Shown piece after piece: positions 26,225 through 36,228 of a stretch of DNA of 64,000 nt. A program made the position numbers and the translations under genes. The notes below the pieces were generated by a model, which worked only from the letters and a program-made list of their open reading frames with translations, was not told the DNA's origin and searched no databases. Numbering within the stretch: the first letter of the stretch is position 1; each line of letters opens with the position of its first letter. This DNA comes from Archangium sp. (GTDB taxonomy: Bacteria; Myxococcota; Myxococcia; Myxococcales; Myxococcaceae): NCBI RefSeq assembly GCF_031412795.1, contig NZ_JANODR010000017.1, positions 64,001-128,000 of the forward strand. The letters are read 5' to 3'.

Positions 26225-26964
26225 AGCCCCGCAAGGAGCGCCTCGACGTGCTGGTGGTGGAGCGGGGGCTCGCCGAGTCCCGGACCAAGGCCCAGGCGCT
26301 CATCCTCGCCGGACAGGTGGTGGTGGGGGACCAGCGGGTGGACAAGCCCGGCGCCCTGGTGCCCGTGGAGTCGGAGCTGCGCCTCAAGGGCGAGGTGCTG
26401 CCCTACGTGTCTCGCGGTGGGCTGAAGCTGAAGGCCGCCATGGACAAATTCGGCCTGGACGTGCGCGGCAAGGTGGCCGCGGACATCGGCGCCAGCACCG
26501 GCGGCTTCACTGACTGCCTCCTGCAAGAGGGCGCCACACACGTCCACGCCATCGACGTGGGCTACGGCCAGCTCCACGAGAAGCTGCGCACGGATCCGCG
26601 CGTCCGCTCCCGCGAGCGGGTGAATGCCCGCTACCTCACCGCCGAGGACCTCCCCGAGTCCGTGGAGGTGGTGGTCATCGACGTGAGCTTCATCTCGCTC
26701 ACGCAGGTGCTGCCGGCGGTGCTGCCCTACCTGAAGCCCGGGGGCCTGCTGATCGCGCTGGTGAAACCCCAGTTCGAGGTAGGCCCGGACAGGGTGGGCA
26801 AGGGCGGCGTGGTGCGGGACGTGGCCGCGCGCCAGGAGGCCATCGACTCCGTCTCCGCCTTCGTGCGGGAGCAGGGCCTCTCGGTGCGTGGGGTGATGGA
26901 CTCGACCGTGCCCGGCCCCGCCGGCAACGTCGAGGCGCTGCTCGTCGCGGACAAACCCGTGTAA
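26221..26964 (+). CDS. tlyA: TlyA-family rRNA 2'-O-methyltransferase (S4 domain + FtsJ-like methyltransferase)
   Basis: RLDVLVVERGLAESRTKAQALILAGQV (S4), DIGASTGGFTDCLLQEGA (SAM binding). GTGA overlap with dxs. Confidence 0.85.
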   Translation: MKPRKERLDVLVVERGLAESRTKAQALILAGQVVVGDQRVDKPGALVPVESELRLKGEVLPYVSRGGLKLKAAMDKFGLDVRGKVAADIGASTGGFTDCLLQEGATHVHAIDVGYGQLHEKLRTDPRVRSRERVNARYLTAEDLPESVEVVVIDVSFISLTQVLPAVLPYLKPGGLLIALVKPQFEVGPDRVGKGGVVRDVAARQEAIDSVSAFVREQGLSVRGVMDSTVPGPAGNVEALLVADKPV

Positions 26965-26967
26965 GCC

Positions 26968-27019
26968 CCCTCTCCCTCTGGGAGAGGGCTGGGGTGAGGG
27001 TCTGGTCGCCCCTCACCCC
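26968..27019. terminator. Two adjacent GC-rich hairpins between convergent tlyA and lipoprotein genes (bidirectional terminator candidate)
   Basis: CCCTCTCC-ctctg-GGAGAGGG (26968-26988) and GGGGTGAGGG-tctggtcgc-CCCTCACCCC (26991-27019). No T-tract. Confidence 0.4.
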
Positions 27020-27026
27020 GCGCGAC

Positions 27027-28604
27027 TCAAGGCCTGACCTGCCGGTACTGCTCCGCCGTCAGCGGCCTCACCAGCTTGCGGCCCACGCGCAGCCACAGCG
27101 TGCCCGCGTCATCCGTCGAGCCGGACAGGGAGCTTCCCGGAATCACGTAGCGGAACAGCTCGCCCCGCTCGGCCAGGTCCGTGGCGACGATCTCCACCGG
27201 GGCGGGCACCGGAACCTGGGCCTGGGGGAGCGCGCTGTTGAAGAGATAGAAGACGCTCGCCGCGCCCACGAGCACCTGGCGCGGCACCAGCGCTCCGGTC
27301 GGGGAGATCGACAGCCCCCCCTTGTTCACCACCTGCCCGGTCGCTGCGTCCAGGAACCACGTGTGGTACGCGGCGACGGCGGCCACTCGCGAGCCATTGG
27401 CATAGGGCACCAGGGCCACCATCGACCCTTGCAGCGGGGTGGCGGTGCGCCACTTCAGGTTGGCGCCATCGCACCCTGGCGTGCCTCCGCTGATGGCACA
27501 GGCCTTCAGGTTGGCGCCGGTCCCCGTCTGCACGGTGATGAAGAGCTGCGTGCCGGAGGCGTTGAACGCCACGGGCGGTACCGCCCCGGGGTTGATGTTC
27601 GAGAGCGTGTCGACGACCGAGGGCTCACCGAGCCACTGGCCGGTGGCGTAGTCCAGCGTGCGCACCTGGATCTGCCCGCTGGTGGAGCTCTCCCCGAAGC
27701 CGATGCCCAGCGGCACGACGGCGGTGGTCCCGTTCCCCGAGAACACCATCTCTCCGAGGATGGGGCCGGTTTTGTCGTTGATCCACAGCGCCGTGTTCGT
27801 GGTGGCGGTGCGCGAGATGCGCCACATGCGCCTCAGCGTGTCGTCGTAGGCGAGGGCATCCCCCTCCGGAGTCACCGTCACCCGATCCACCGCCAGGCGG
27901 AACACGGGGCCCGCCCTGAACTGGGAGTCGATGACGAAGAGCCCCTCGTTGGGCGTCCACACCCAGCGCCAGCCCGTCCCCGCGGGCTTGCGGTCCGTGA
28001 TGACCGTCTGCGCGGTGCACGGAATCTCCATGGTCACGCGCGACTCTTTGTCCGCGGGGTTCTTCGTCACCTTGTAGAGCCCCGAGCCGTTGCTCTCGCG
28101 GACGCACCCGATGAACGTCACGTTGGCGCCGCTGCCATCGGCGATGAAGTAGTCGGGCACGACCTGATCATTGGTGCCCAGCGGGGAGATGGCCTCCGCC
28201 ACGGGGAAGAACGTGGCGACTTGCGACTGGGAGACGTTGGTGCGCCCGTCGGCGCAGGTGACGCGCGCGCTGAGCGCCAGGGGCGTGGCGATGCCCCGCG
28301 TGTAGCGGAACTCGTTCATCGCCAGCTCCACCGGGGTGGGGGTGGTGGTGTACGTCACCTGCTTGAGCAACGTGTTGTCGTCCAGCAGCTCCAGGCTCCG
28401 CACCTGATCACAGCCGGAGACGGTGATGCCGAGCTTGAAGCTCGTGCTCACCGTGCTCGGCTCATCCAGGATGATGCCCACCTGGGGCAGCTCCGGAGTG
28501 GTGGGCGGCGGGGTGGGGTCGCAGGCGACGGCGAGGAGCGGTAGCAGCAGTGCCGGGCGCAGCAGCGCCCGGGTCTTAGAGGGGGTAGGCATGGTGGCGC
28601 GCAT
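27027..28604 (-). CDS. Lipoprotein of unknown function (525 aa)
   Basis: Signal peptide plus lipobox LLAVAC. Beta-rich sequence rich in Thr, Gly and Asn. Confidence 0.6.
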   Translation of the reverse strand: MRATMPTPSKTRALLRPALLLPLLAVACDPTPPPTTPELPQVGIILDEPSTVSTSFKLGITVSGCDQVRSLELLDDNTLLKQVTYTTTPTPVELAMNEFRYTRGIATPLALSARVTCADGRTNVSQSQVATFFPVAEAISPLGTNDQVVPDYFIADGSGANVTFIGCVRESNGSGLYKVTKNPADKESRVTMEIPCTAQTVITDRKPAGTGWRWVWTPNEGLFVIDSQFRAGPVFRLAVDRVTVTPEGDALAYDDTLRRMWRISRTATTNTALWINDKTGPILGEMVFSGNGTTAVVPLGIGFGESSTSGQIQVRTLDYATGQWLGEPSVVDTLSNINPGAVPPVAFNASGTQLFITVQTGTGANLKACAISGGTPGCDGANLKWRTATPLQGSMVALVPYANGSRVAAVAAYHTWFLDAATGQVVNKGGLSISPTGALVPRQVLVGAASVFYLFNSALPQAQVPVPAPVEIVATDLAERGELFRYVIPGSSLSGSTDDAGTLWLRVGRKLVRPLTAEQYRQVRP

Positions 28605-28631
28605 TCTAGCGTGGGCGCCACGCGCCGAGCA

Positions 28632-30728
28632 TCACGGCTCGGGGAGGACGAACTCCACGCGCCGGTTCAGCTCGCGACCGCGCGGGGTGAGGTTGGGGGC
28701 CACCGGGCGGGTGTCGCCGAAGCCCTCGGACTCGAGGCGCGCCGGCTCCAGGCCCGCCTTCACGAGCGCCTCCGCCACCGCGCGCGCCCGCTCCTTGGAC
28801 AGCGCCAGGTTGGCCGCCTTGTCGCCCTGGTTGTCGGTGTGGCCCTCGATGCGCAGGCGCTTGATGCCGGTGCGCACCACGAGATCCACCACCTGCGCCA
28901 GCACCGGCTGGCTGTCGGGGAGCAGCACGGCCTTGCCGTCCACGAAGCGCAGCGGCTGGGTGAGCTCCAGCTTGCCGTTGTCGCGCTTCACCAGCCACTG
29001 CTTCGGCTCGGGCTCCAGGTCGAACGCGAGGTCCAGCGTGGCGCCGTCGGTGACCTGCACGCCGCGCGTCTGGGCCAGGAATCCGGGCGCGGTGACCTCC
29101 ACCACGTAGCGGCCCGCCGGCAGTTGCAGCTTCTGGGACGCCGCGTCGCCCTGGGAGAGCGACACCTGCCGGCGCCCGGGGCCCTCGAAGGCCAGCGTGG
29201 CCGCCACCGGCTTGCGCTTGGAGGTGACGGCGAGCGCGAGCAGCGCCGGCTTCACCTCCGGCACGAGCGCCAGCTCCACGGTGGACGGCTCGCCTGCCTT
29301 CAACAGCACCTCCTGGACCAGGGGGAGGTAGCCCTCCTTCTGCACGGAGAGCTTCACCGGGCCGCTCGGCAGCGAGTACGTGAGGAAGCGGCCGTCGCGC
29401 GGCGCCGAGGCCACCGGAGGCAGCGTCGAGTCCACCACCGCCACGAGGACACCGGAGAGGGGCTGGCGCGTCTTCGCGTCCACCACCACGCCGGACACCT
29501 GGGACGTCTGGGCCACGGCGGCGGGCTGGGTGGGGGAGGGGGTGCTGGCCACCCGCATGGGCTCGCGCGCCACCGGCACCGCCGCGGGAGGCCCACCGGC
29601 CTGGACCAGCGGATCCACGTTGAGCGAGGCGGCCAGCAGCAGGTTGAAGGGGGGCACGGGCGTCACGCCCCGGCCCACCTGGCGCGTGAGGCCGAGCTCG
29701 GCCGCGGCGGTGAAGGTGAAGTTCGGCAGGGCCGTCACCTTGACGCCCAGCCCGAGCACCTGGGGCGCCACGCTGCCCGCGGGCACGAGCGTCCCGTCCG
29801 GCGCGACGAGCTGCCCGCCCTCCACGCCGAGCGGAGAGGCCAGCCCGTACTCGATGAAGGGCGTGGCCAGCGGCAGCGGCGCCTCGACGCCGAACCCCAC
29901 CGAGAGGCGCGGGTAGCGGTTGATGCCCAGGGCGTACTCCTCGGCGGCGTTGAGCCGGCTGGCATCCACCAGCGAGCCCGTGCCATCCACGAGGAGCCCC
30001 AGGTTGGCATGGGCGCGCAGCGGCAGGGGCAACACCCCGCTCGCGTCATAGGTGGCCACCGCGCGAGGCGAGAAGCCGAAGGCGACCTGGCTCTGGCTGC
30101 CCACGCCGGAGAACGTCATGACGCGCAGGTCCGCGCCCGCCCAGAGGCCCGGAAGCCACTGCTTCGTGGCCCGCGCCCCCACCGTCACGTCTCCAAAGGC
30201 TTGGATGAGGTTGGGCGAGGAGCGCGTGTTGGTGTTGGCCGAGGCGGTGTAGGCCAGCGACACCTCGAGGAAGTCCAGCGGGACGAAGGACAGGGCGAAG
30301 GTGCCGGCGGTGCGCGAGTTGTCCGCGCCCTGCACGGGGAAGTCGTCATTGGAGGCGAGATCGCCCGCGAGCGACAGGCGCAGCAGGCCCCGGCGCCCGA
30401 CGTCCGAGCCCGCCACGCGCAGCAGTCCCACCCCTCCGGTGGGGGTGGCGGTGTGGCGCAGGTTCCCCGGGGAGCGCCAGGGGTTGCCCACCGTCGAGGG
30501 GGTATGGGGCGCGGCGCCAGCGGGGGCCGTCTCGGTCACCACCACCGTCGTCCGCTCCACGGCGATGGGGGTCAATTGGGCAGGCGGGGGAGCTTCCGCC
30601 CGCTCGCCCGAGGGCTGGGCTGAGGACGCCTGGGATCCTTCCGCCCGAGCGCCACCAGCGCTCAGCAGGGCGGTCAGGACCAGGGGGCTCAGAGGGAAAA
30701 AGGGCTGCGGAACTCGCGGAAGTCGCAC
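28632..30728 (-). CDS. OmpA-family outer-membrane protein with N-terminal beta-barrel-like region and carboxypeptidase-regulatory-like domain
   Basis: C-terminal OmpA domain RIEGHTDNQGDKAANLALSKERARAVAEALV...RRVEFVL. Signal peptide. Confidence 0.75.
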   Translation of the reverse strand: MRLPRVPQPFFPLSPLVLTALLSAGGARAEGSQASSAQPSGERAEAPPPAQLTPIAVERTTVVVTETAPAGAAPHTPSTVGNPWRSPGNLRHTATPTGGVGLLRVAGSDVGRRGLLRLSLAGDLASNDDFPVQGADNSRTAGTFALSFVPLDFLEVSLAYTASANTNTRSSPNLIQAFGDVTVGARATKQWLPGLWAGADLRVMTFSGVGSQSQVAFGFSPRAVATYDASGVLPLPLRAHANLGLLVDGTGSLVDASRLNAAEEYALGINRYPRLSVGFGVEAPLPLATPFIEYGLASPLGVEGGQLVAPDGTLVPAGSVAPQVLGLGVKVTALPNFTFTAAAELGLTRQVGRGVTPVPPFNLLLAASLNVDPLVQAGGPPAAVPVAREPMRVASTPSPTQPAAVAQTSQVSGVVVDAKTRQPLSGVLVAVVDSTLPPVASAPRDGRFLTYSLPSGPVKLSVQKEGYLPLVQEVLLKAGEPSTVELALVPEVKPALLALAVTSKRKPVAATLAFEGPGRRQVSLSQGDAASQKLQLPAGRYVVEVTAPGFLAQTRGVQVTDGATLDLAFDLEPEPKQWLVKRDNGKLELTQPLRFVDGKAVLLPDSQPVLAQVVDLVVRTGIKRLRIEGHTDNQGDKAANLALSKERARAVAEALVKAGLEPARLESEGFGDTRPVAPNLTPRGRELNRRVEFVLPEP

Positions 30729-30912
30729 GGCGGCCGAGTATACGCTGGGGGATCTTCCTCACAATTCTTGCCCAGACCCGTCGAGTCCGACACGCTGGCC
30801 CCCAGCCGGCTTAGGCTGGCATGATTACTTCGCGCATGAAGGTTGACGCTTTCTTGAAAACTTTCCGGTCTCCCCATACCCCCGTCCAAGGCTCGGCAGC
30901 ACGAGGTCTCCA

Positions 30913-33414
30913 TTGAGAGCGGAGCTTGCGGGAACACGTGGTCGCATCCTGGTCATTGGTGCGCGGGCGGCGAATGAAGCCGTGCTCGAGCACCTGTCCG
31001 GCAGCGGCTACGAGTGGGCCATCACCGAGGACATGACGGAGCTGCCCACGCTGGCCGAGTCGTTGCAGCCAGACGCCGTCCTGGTGGCGGCCACCGGAAA
31101 GCGGGCCACCGAGGCACTCGCCGCCGTCCGCCAGGACGTGCGGCTGCGGGAGCTCCGGGTGCTGGCGGATCTCACCCGCTCGCGCTCGGAGGTGCTGCGC
31201 AAGCTGCCCGTGGACGAGTGGGTGCGCTCCCTGGAGGAGCTCGCCCCCCGGCTGGACTCGGTGCTGCGCGAGCGCCGGCTCCGGGATCGCACCCGCAACC
31301 GGATGGAGCGGCTGCTGGAGATCACCCAGGCGGCCACCAGCTCGCTGGAGCTGGAGCAGATCCTCCGCCTCGCGGTGGAGAAGGTGGGCGCCGTCATCAA
31401 CGCGGACCGCTGCTCCGTGGTGCTGGTGGAGGACATCAACTCCCGCACCGCCAGTGTGGTGGCCACGCTGGAGGACCCGGGCCTGTCGCTGGACGTGGAC
31501 CTGGCGCGCTACCCCGAGCTGCGCCGCGCCCTGGAGACCCGCAAGGCCGTGCTGGTGGAGGAGGCCCAGCGGGATCCGCTGATGGCCGAGGTGCGCCCCA
31601 CCATCACCTCCATCGGCGTGCGCTCCATCCTCGTGCAGCCCCTGGTGTGCCAGGACGAGCTGCTCGGAGCGCTCTTCCTGCGCATCTCGCATGGCACGGA
31701 CGGCTTCAGCCGGGACGAGCAGGAGTTCTCCCAGGCGGTGGCGGCGGCGCTCGCCAACTGCATCCGCAACGCCCGCCTGCACACCGCGCTCAAGAGGAAG
31801 CGCGACGAGCTGGAGCTGGCCTATGTGGAGCGCTACCGCGAGCTGACCGAGGCCAACCGCCGCCTCAAGGATCTCAACCGGCTCAAGGATGAGATCATCG
31901 CCGTGTGCAGCCATGACCTGCGCGCCCCGCTCCAGGTGCTGCTGGGCCATGGCCGGCTGCTGCTGGAGAGCGTGCTGGATCCGCAGCAGAAGCAGTCCAC
32001 CGAGGCGATGATCCGCCAGGGCCGGAAGATCCTCGGTCTGGTGGAGTCGCTGCTGGAGCGCGGCAAGGGCGACGTGGCGCGGCTGTCCATCGAGCCCCGC
32101 GTGCTGGACATCGCGGCGCTCTGCAAGGACAGCACCGGCGAGTTGGAGATCCTCGCCGCCGATCGTGGGGTGGTCCTGACGGCCGAGGCCCCCGAGAGCA
32201 TGATGCTCATCGGCGACGAGCTGAAGCTGCACGAGGTGCTACAGAACCTCATCACCAACGCCATCCACCACGCCAAGGACGCGGGCAAGGTGGTGGTGAA
32301 GGCCTCGCGGCTGGTGCGTCCGGACGGTGACGTGGCGCGCCTCGTGGTGCAGGACGACGGCAAGGGCATTCCCCCCGAGGAGCTGCCGCTCGTCTTCGAT
32401 CGCTACCGCAGTGGCGCGAAGGGCAGCGGCGGCACGGGCCTGGGACTCGCCATCTGCAAGGAGTTCGTGGAGCTGCACGGCGGTGAAATCTGGGCCGAGG
32501 CACCGCCCGAGGGTGGTGCCGCCTTCATCTTCACGCTGCCGCTGGCGCAGGAGATCCACCGCGCCGTGAAGAACCTCCCGGCCAAGGACACGTCCGAGCA
32601 GCCGCGCGTGCTGGTGGTGGAGGACGAGCCGGAGATCGCCGCGGTGCTGGTGGAGGTGCTGCGCTCGCGCTACCGCGTGGACGTGGCGCGCGACGGTGCC
32701 GAGGGACTGGCGCGGGCGCGCTCGTCCAGGCCGGACCTGGTGGTGATGGACGTCTTCCTGCCCAAGCTGGACGGTCTGGACGCCGCGGTGGCGCTCAAGT
32801 CCTCCTCGGACACGGCCGGCATCCCCGTCATCCTCCTGTCCGCCCACCAGGGCGTGGCCGACAAGGTCCGCGCGCTCAACCTGGGCGCGGTGGACTACAT
32901 GAGCAAGCCCTTCAACGCGATGGAGCTGCTCGCCCGCACCGAGCGGGCCCTCAAGCTGCGCAAGGCCGAGAACGAGATGGAGCGCACCTCCTCGCTCCTG
33001 CGCCGCAGCGGGAACGATCCCATCACCGGCCTCTATGACCGGCGTGGCCTCATGCTGCGGTTGGACCACGAGGTGAACCGTGGGCGGCGCTACAGCCGGC
33101 CGGTGAGCCTCGCGGTGCTCCGCCCGGATCGCCCCGTGTTGGACGAGTCGCTGCGCGGGGTGCCGGACGTGATGCGCGCCCGGCTGCGCACCCCCGACAT
33201 CATCGGCCACCTGGGCGAGGGCGTGCTCGCCGTCGTCCTGCCCGAGTGCAATGTTGAAGCGGGACGCAACGTCATCGGCCGACTGATTCCGGATGTCGAG
33301 AAGCACACAGGGACGGACTACCGCTCGGCGGTGGCGGACGTGAGCCACGACAGCGAGCCGGTGGAGCGCATCCTGGAGCGCCTGGGCGCACCGGTCCACG
33401 TGCCGAAGCTGTAG
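30913..33414 (+). CDS. Hybrid sensor histidine kinase: pseudo-receiver, GAF, HisKA, HATPase, receiver, degenerate GGDEF-like C-terminus
   Basis: H-box IAVCSHDLRAPLQ. ATP-lid DDGKGIPPEE...GLGLAI. Receiver VLVVEDEPE...VVMDVFLPKLDG. The C-terminal ITGLYDRRGL...HLGEGVLAVVLPE resembles GGDEF but has LGEGV in place of GGDEF. TTG start at 30913 is uncertain. Confidence 0.8.
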   Translation: MRAELAGTRGRILVIGARAANEAVLEHLSGSGYEWAITEDMTELPTLAESLQPDAVLVAATGKRATEALAAVRQDVRLRELRVLADLTRSRSEVLRKLPVDEWVRSLEELAPRLDSVLRERRLRDRTRNRMERLLEITQAATSSLELEQILRLAVEKVGAVINADRCSVVLVEDINSRTASVVATLEDPGLSLDVDLARYPELRRALETRKAVLVEEAQRDPLMAEVRPTITSIGVRSILVQPLVCQDELLGALFLRISHGTDGFSRDEQEFSQAVAAALANCIRNARLHTALKRKRDELELAYVERYRELTEANRRLKDLNRLKDEIIAVCSHDLRAPLQVLLGHGRLLLESVLDPQQKQSTEAMIRQGRKILGLVESLLERGKGDVARLSIEPRVLDIAALCKDSTGELEILAADRGVVLTAEAPESMMLIGDELKLHEVLQNLITNAIHHAKDAGKVVVKASRLVRPDGDVARLVVQDDGKGIPPEELPLVFDRYRSGAKGSGGTGLGLAICKEFVELHGGEIWAEAPPEGGAAFIFTLPLAQEIHRAVKNLPAKDTSEQPRVLVVEDEPEIAAVLVEVLRSRYRVDVARDGAEGLARARSSRPDLVVMDVFLPKLDGLDAAVALKSSSDTAGIPVILLSAHQGVADKVRALNLGAVDYMSKPFNAMELLARTERALKLRKAENEMERTSSLLRRSGNDPITGLYDRRGLMLRLDHEVNRGRRYSRPVSLAVLRPDRPVLDESLRGVPDVMRARLRTPDIIGHLGEGVLAVVLPECNVEAGRNVIGRLIPDVEKHTGTDYRSAVADVSHDSEPVERILERLGAPVHVPKL

Positions 33415-33436
33415 CCGCCGAGTTAGACTCGGCGGC

Positions 33437-35311
33437 GTGCGCCTCCTTCGAACCCTTACCCGAGCCGTGCCCCTCCTGGCCCTCGTCGGGCTGGGTGCGG
33501 TCGCGGCCCCCAGCTCGCGTCGGCCCCAGGTGGATCGCTCGGCCATGCGCGAGGCCATCTCCGCGGCGGCCACGGAAGAGCGCCTCGCCTCGTCCTCCAG
33601 CTACTCCTACTACCTGCGGGCGAAGCTGCTGAGCCTCGAGGGGGACCACCGGGGTGCGGTGGACGCGCTCCGGCTCGCGCTGGCCACGGACGACAACAGT
33701 CCGCACCTCCTCACGCAGCTAGGCGAGGAGTACGCGCGCCTGGGCGACCTCAAGAGCGCCGAGCGCGAGCTGCGCCGCGTGGTGCAGCGCCACCCCACGC
33801 ACTACGCCGGGCGGATGCTGCTGGGGCGGGTGCTGATGGAGGCCGGCAAGCCCGCGCGTGCCCGGGTGCACCTGCGACGCGCCATCCAGCTCAAGCCCCG
33901 GGAGACGGAGGCCTACCTCGTCCTCGCGCAGCTCCACCTGGAGGCCCGCACGCCGGATCAGGCCGTGAAGGTGGTGGAGGAGCTGGCGACGGCGTTGCCC
34001 GGGGAGGCCTCGGGTTACCGGCGCCTGGGACTGGCCCTGGCCGATCGCGGTGATGCCGCCCGGGCCGAGCCGCTGCTGGTGCGCGCCATCGAGAGGGACC
34101 CGGGGGACGTGGAGTCGCTGGTGGCGCTGGCCCAGCTCCAGGAGAAGGCCGGTCGCTTCTCCGCGGCGGAGGAGTCGCTGGCCCGGGCGCTGGAGAGGGA
34201 TCCGGACAACCAGACGGTGCTGGTGAGCGCGGGCCGGGTGGCCCTGCGGCTCGGCTCGTCGGTGCGGGCGCGCGCGTACTTCGATCGCCTCCTGTCGCTC
34301 TCGGACGACCCGGAACTCATCGTGCGGGTGGCCTTCAGCCTGCTGTCCGCGCGGGACAGTGCCTCGGCCGCCGAGGTGCTGGACGAGGCCCGGAAGGGCA
34401 GGGGGGCCTCGCCTCGCGTCTCCTTCTATGCGGGCCTGGTGCACGAGCGGCTGCGCCACTTCGACGTGGCGGCCACCGCGTATGCCGAGGTGCCCCTCTC
34501 CTCCGAGCTGTTCCCCGACGCGCGCGCCCGTCGCGCCGTCTGCCTCTCCCAGGCGGGAAAGCACGCGGCCGCGCTCGCCCTGCTGCGCGAGGCCATCTCC
34601 GAGCGCCCCGACGACACGGAGTCGCGGATTCAGCTCGCCCGGGCCCTGGAGCGCCGGGGGACGCCCGAGGAGGCCGTGGCCACCTTGAAGGAGGCGGTGA
34701 CCCGGCTGCCGTCCCCGGACGTGTACGAGGCGCTCGCCTCCACCCTTCAGCGCCAGGGGCGCGCGGCCGAGGCCGTCTCCCTGCTGAAGGACGCGGTCGC
34801 GCGCCAGCCTCGTGAGACGGCCCTGCGCTACGCCCTCGGCTCCATGTTGCTGTCCGCGGGGGACGAGGCCGGGGCCATCTCCGCGATGCGCGACGTGCTC
34901 GAGGTGGAGCCGAACCATGCCGCGGCCATGAACTTCATTGGTTACCTGCTGGCGCAGCGGGGCCGCGACTACGCCGAGGCCGAGCGGCTGGTGAAGCGGG
35001 CCCTGGAGCTGCGTCCGGACACCGGCTCCTTCCTGGACTCGCTGGGGTGGATTCAATTCCAGCGCGGGGACTATCCGCGGGCCGTGGAGACGCTGGAGCG
35101 AGCGGCGGAGCTGGAGCCCGAGGAGCCCGTCATCCTGGAGCACCTGGGAGACGCGTATCACCGTGTAGCGCGCGGAGGGGATGCGGCGGGGGCCTGGAAG
35201 CGCGCGCTGGAAGTCCTGGCCGCGCACCCGGAGGCCGCCGACCCGGCCGACCAGAAGGCGCTCATCGAGCGCAAGCTGAAGTTGCTATCAACCGGCGCGG
35301 TGGGTCGCTAA
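33437..35311 (+). CDS. Secreted TPR-repeat protein (624 aa)
   Basis: GTG start. Signal peptide. Many 34-residue TPR-like repeats. Confidence 0.7.
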   Translation: MRLLRTLTRAVPLLALVGLGAVAAPSSRRPQVDRSAMREAISAAATEERLASSSSYSYYLRAKLLSLEGDHRGAVDALRLALATDDNSPHLLTQLGEEYARLGDLKSAERELRRVVQRHPTHYAGRMLLGRVLMEAGKPARARVHLRRAIQLKPRETEAYLVLAQLHLEARTPDQAVKVVEELATALPGEASGYRRLGLALADRGDAARAEPLLVRAIERDPGDVESLVALAQLQEKAGRFSAAEESLARALERDPDNQTVLVSAGRVALRLGSSVRARAYFDRLLSLSDDPELIVRVAFSLLSARDSASAAEVLDEARKGRGASPRVSFYAGLVHERLRHFDVAATAYAEVPLSSELFPDARARRAVCLSQAGKHAAALALLREAISERPDDTESRIQLARALERRGTPEEAVATLKEAVTRLPSPDVYEALASTLQRQGRAAEAVSLLKDAVARQPRETALRYALGSMLLSAGDEAGAISAMRDVLEVEPNHAAAMNFIGYLLAQRGRDYAEAERLVKRALELRPDTGSFLDSLGWIQFQRGDYPRAVETLERAAELEPEEPVILEHLGDAYHRVARGGDAAGAWKRALEVLAAHPEAADPADQKALIERKLKLLSTGAVGR

Positions 35312-36165
35312 TGTCCTCGTCAAACACCATGGCGCGCTTCGACGAGGGTTTCTTCACTGGCAAGGACGGGCTCCGGCTCTACTGGATGTCCGAGCGACCG
35401 GAGCAGCCGCGCGCCCACGTGGCGGTGGTGCATGGCTACGGCGACCACATCGGTCGCTACCGCACCACCTTCGATGCCCTCACGGCCCAGGGGTTCGCCG
35501 TCCATGGCTTCGACTACCGCGGCCACGGTCGCGCCGACGGGCGCCGGGGCTTCTGCGCCACCTGGCCGGACTACCTCGACGACCTGGCCGGCTTCTGGGA
35601 GCGCGTGCGCCGCGACGCCGGCGATCGCAAGGTCTTCCTGCTCGCCCACAGCCATGGCGGGCTCATGGCGACGCACCTGTTGGGTCGCGGCGGCCTGGAG
35701 GGCGTGAGCGGCGTTGTGCTGACCGCGCCTTATTTCAAGCTGGCCATCACGCCACCGGCGCTGAAGGTCGTGGCCGCTCGGGCGGTGGGCAGGGTCCTCC
35801 CGTGGATGCCCATCAAGAGCGAGCTCACGCCGGAGCACCTCAGCCGGGACGTGGCGGTGCAGGAGGCGGTACGTCAGGACCCCCTCTACAATGCCCTGGT
35901 GACTCCGCGCTGGTTCATCGAGTCCACCGCGGCCCAGGGCCGGGTGATGACGCTCGCCAACGATTTCAAGGTGCCCCTCTTCCTGCTCTCCGGAGCGGAG
36001 GACGGCGTCGCGAGCGTGGATGCCGGCCGCCTCTTTTTCGAGGCCGTGGGCTCCAAGGACAAGGTGTACAAGGTCTATCCCGGGATGCGTCACGAGCCCC
36101 TCAACGAGCTCGGCAAGGAAGAGGTCCACAGGGACATCTCCAACTGGATCTCCGCGCATCTCTGA
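35311..36165 (+). CDS. Alpha/beta hydrolase (lysophospholipase / monoacylglycerol lipase-like)
   Basis: HGYGDH oxyanion region and nucleophile elbow LLAHSHGG. The ATG overlaps the stop of the TPR gene by 1 nt. Confidence 0.8.
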   Translation: MSSSNTMARFDEGFFTGKDGLRLYWMSERPEQPRAHVAVVHGYGDHIGRYRTTFDALTAQGFAVHGFDYRGHGRADGRRGFCATWPDYLDDLAGFWERVRRDAGDRKVFLLAHSHGGLMATHLLGRGGLEGVSGVVLTAPYFKLAITPPALKVVAARAVGRVLPWMPIKSELTPEHLSRDVAVQEAVRQDPLYNALVTPRWFIESTAAQGRVMTLANDFKVPLFLLSGAEDGVASVDAGRLFFEAVGSKDKVYKVYPGMRHEPLNELGKEEVHRDISNWISAHL

Positions 36166-36228
36166 CGTAGGTTCGATTTCCTTACAGAGCAAACTTCGAT
36201 TCTCGAGGGCGCTTCCGAGGGTCACCGC

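Noticed and set aside
30800-30830. Possible sigma-54 -24/-12 element TGGCATGattaCTTCGC upstream of the hybrid kinase
   Set aside because: GG-to-GC spacing is 12 nt rather than the required 10. Poor match.
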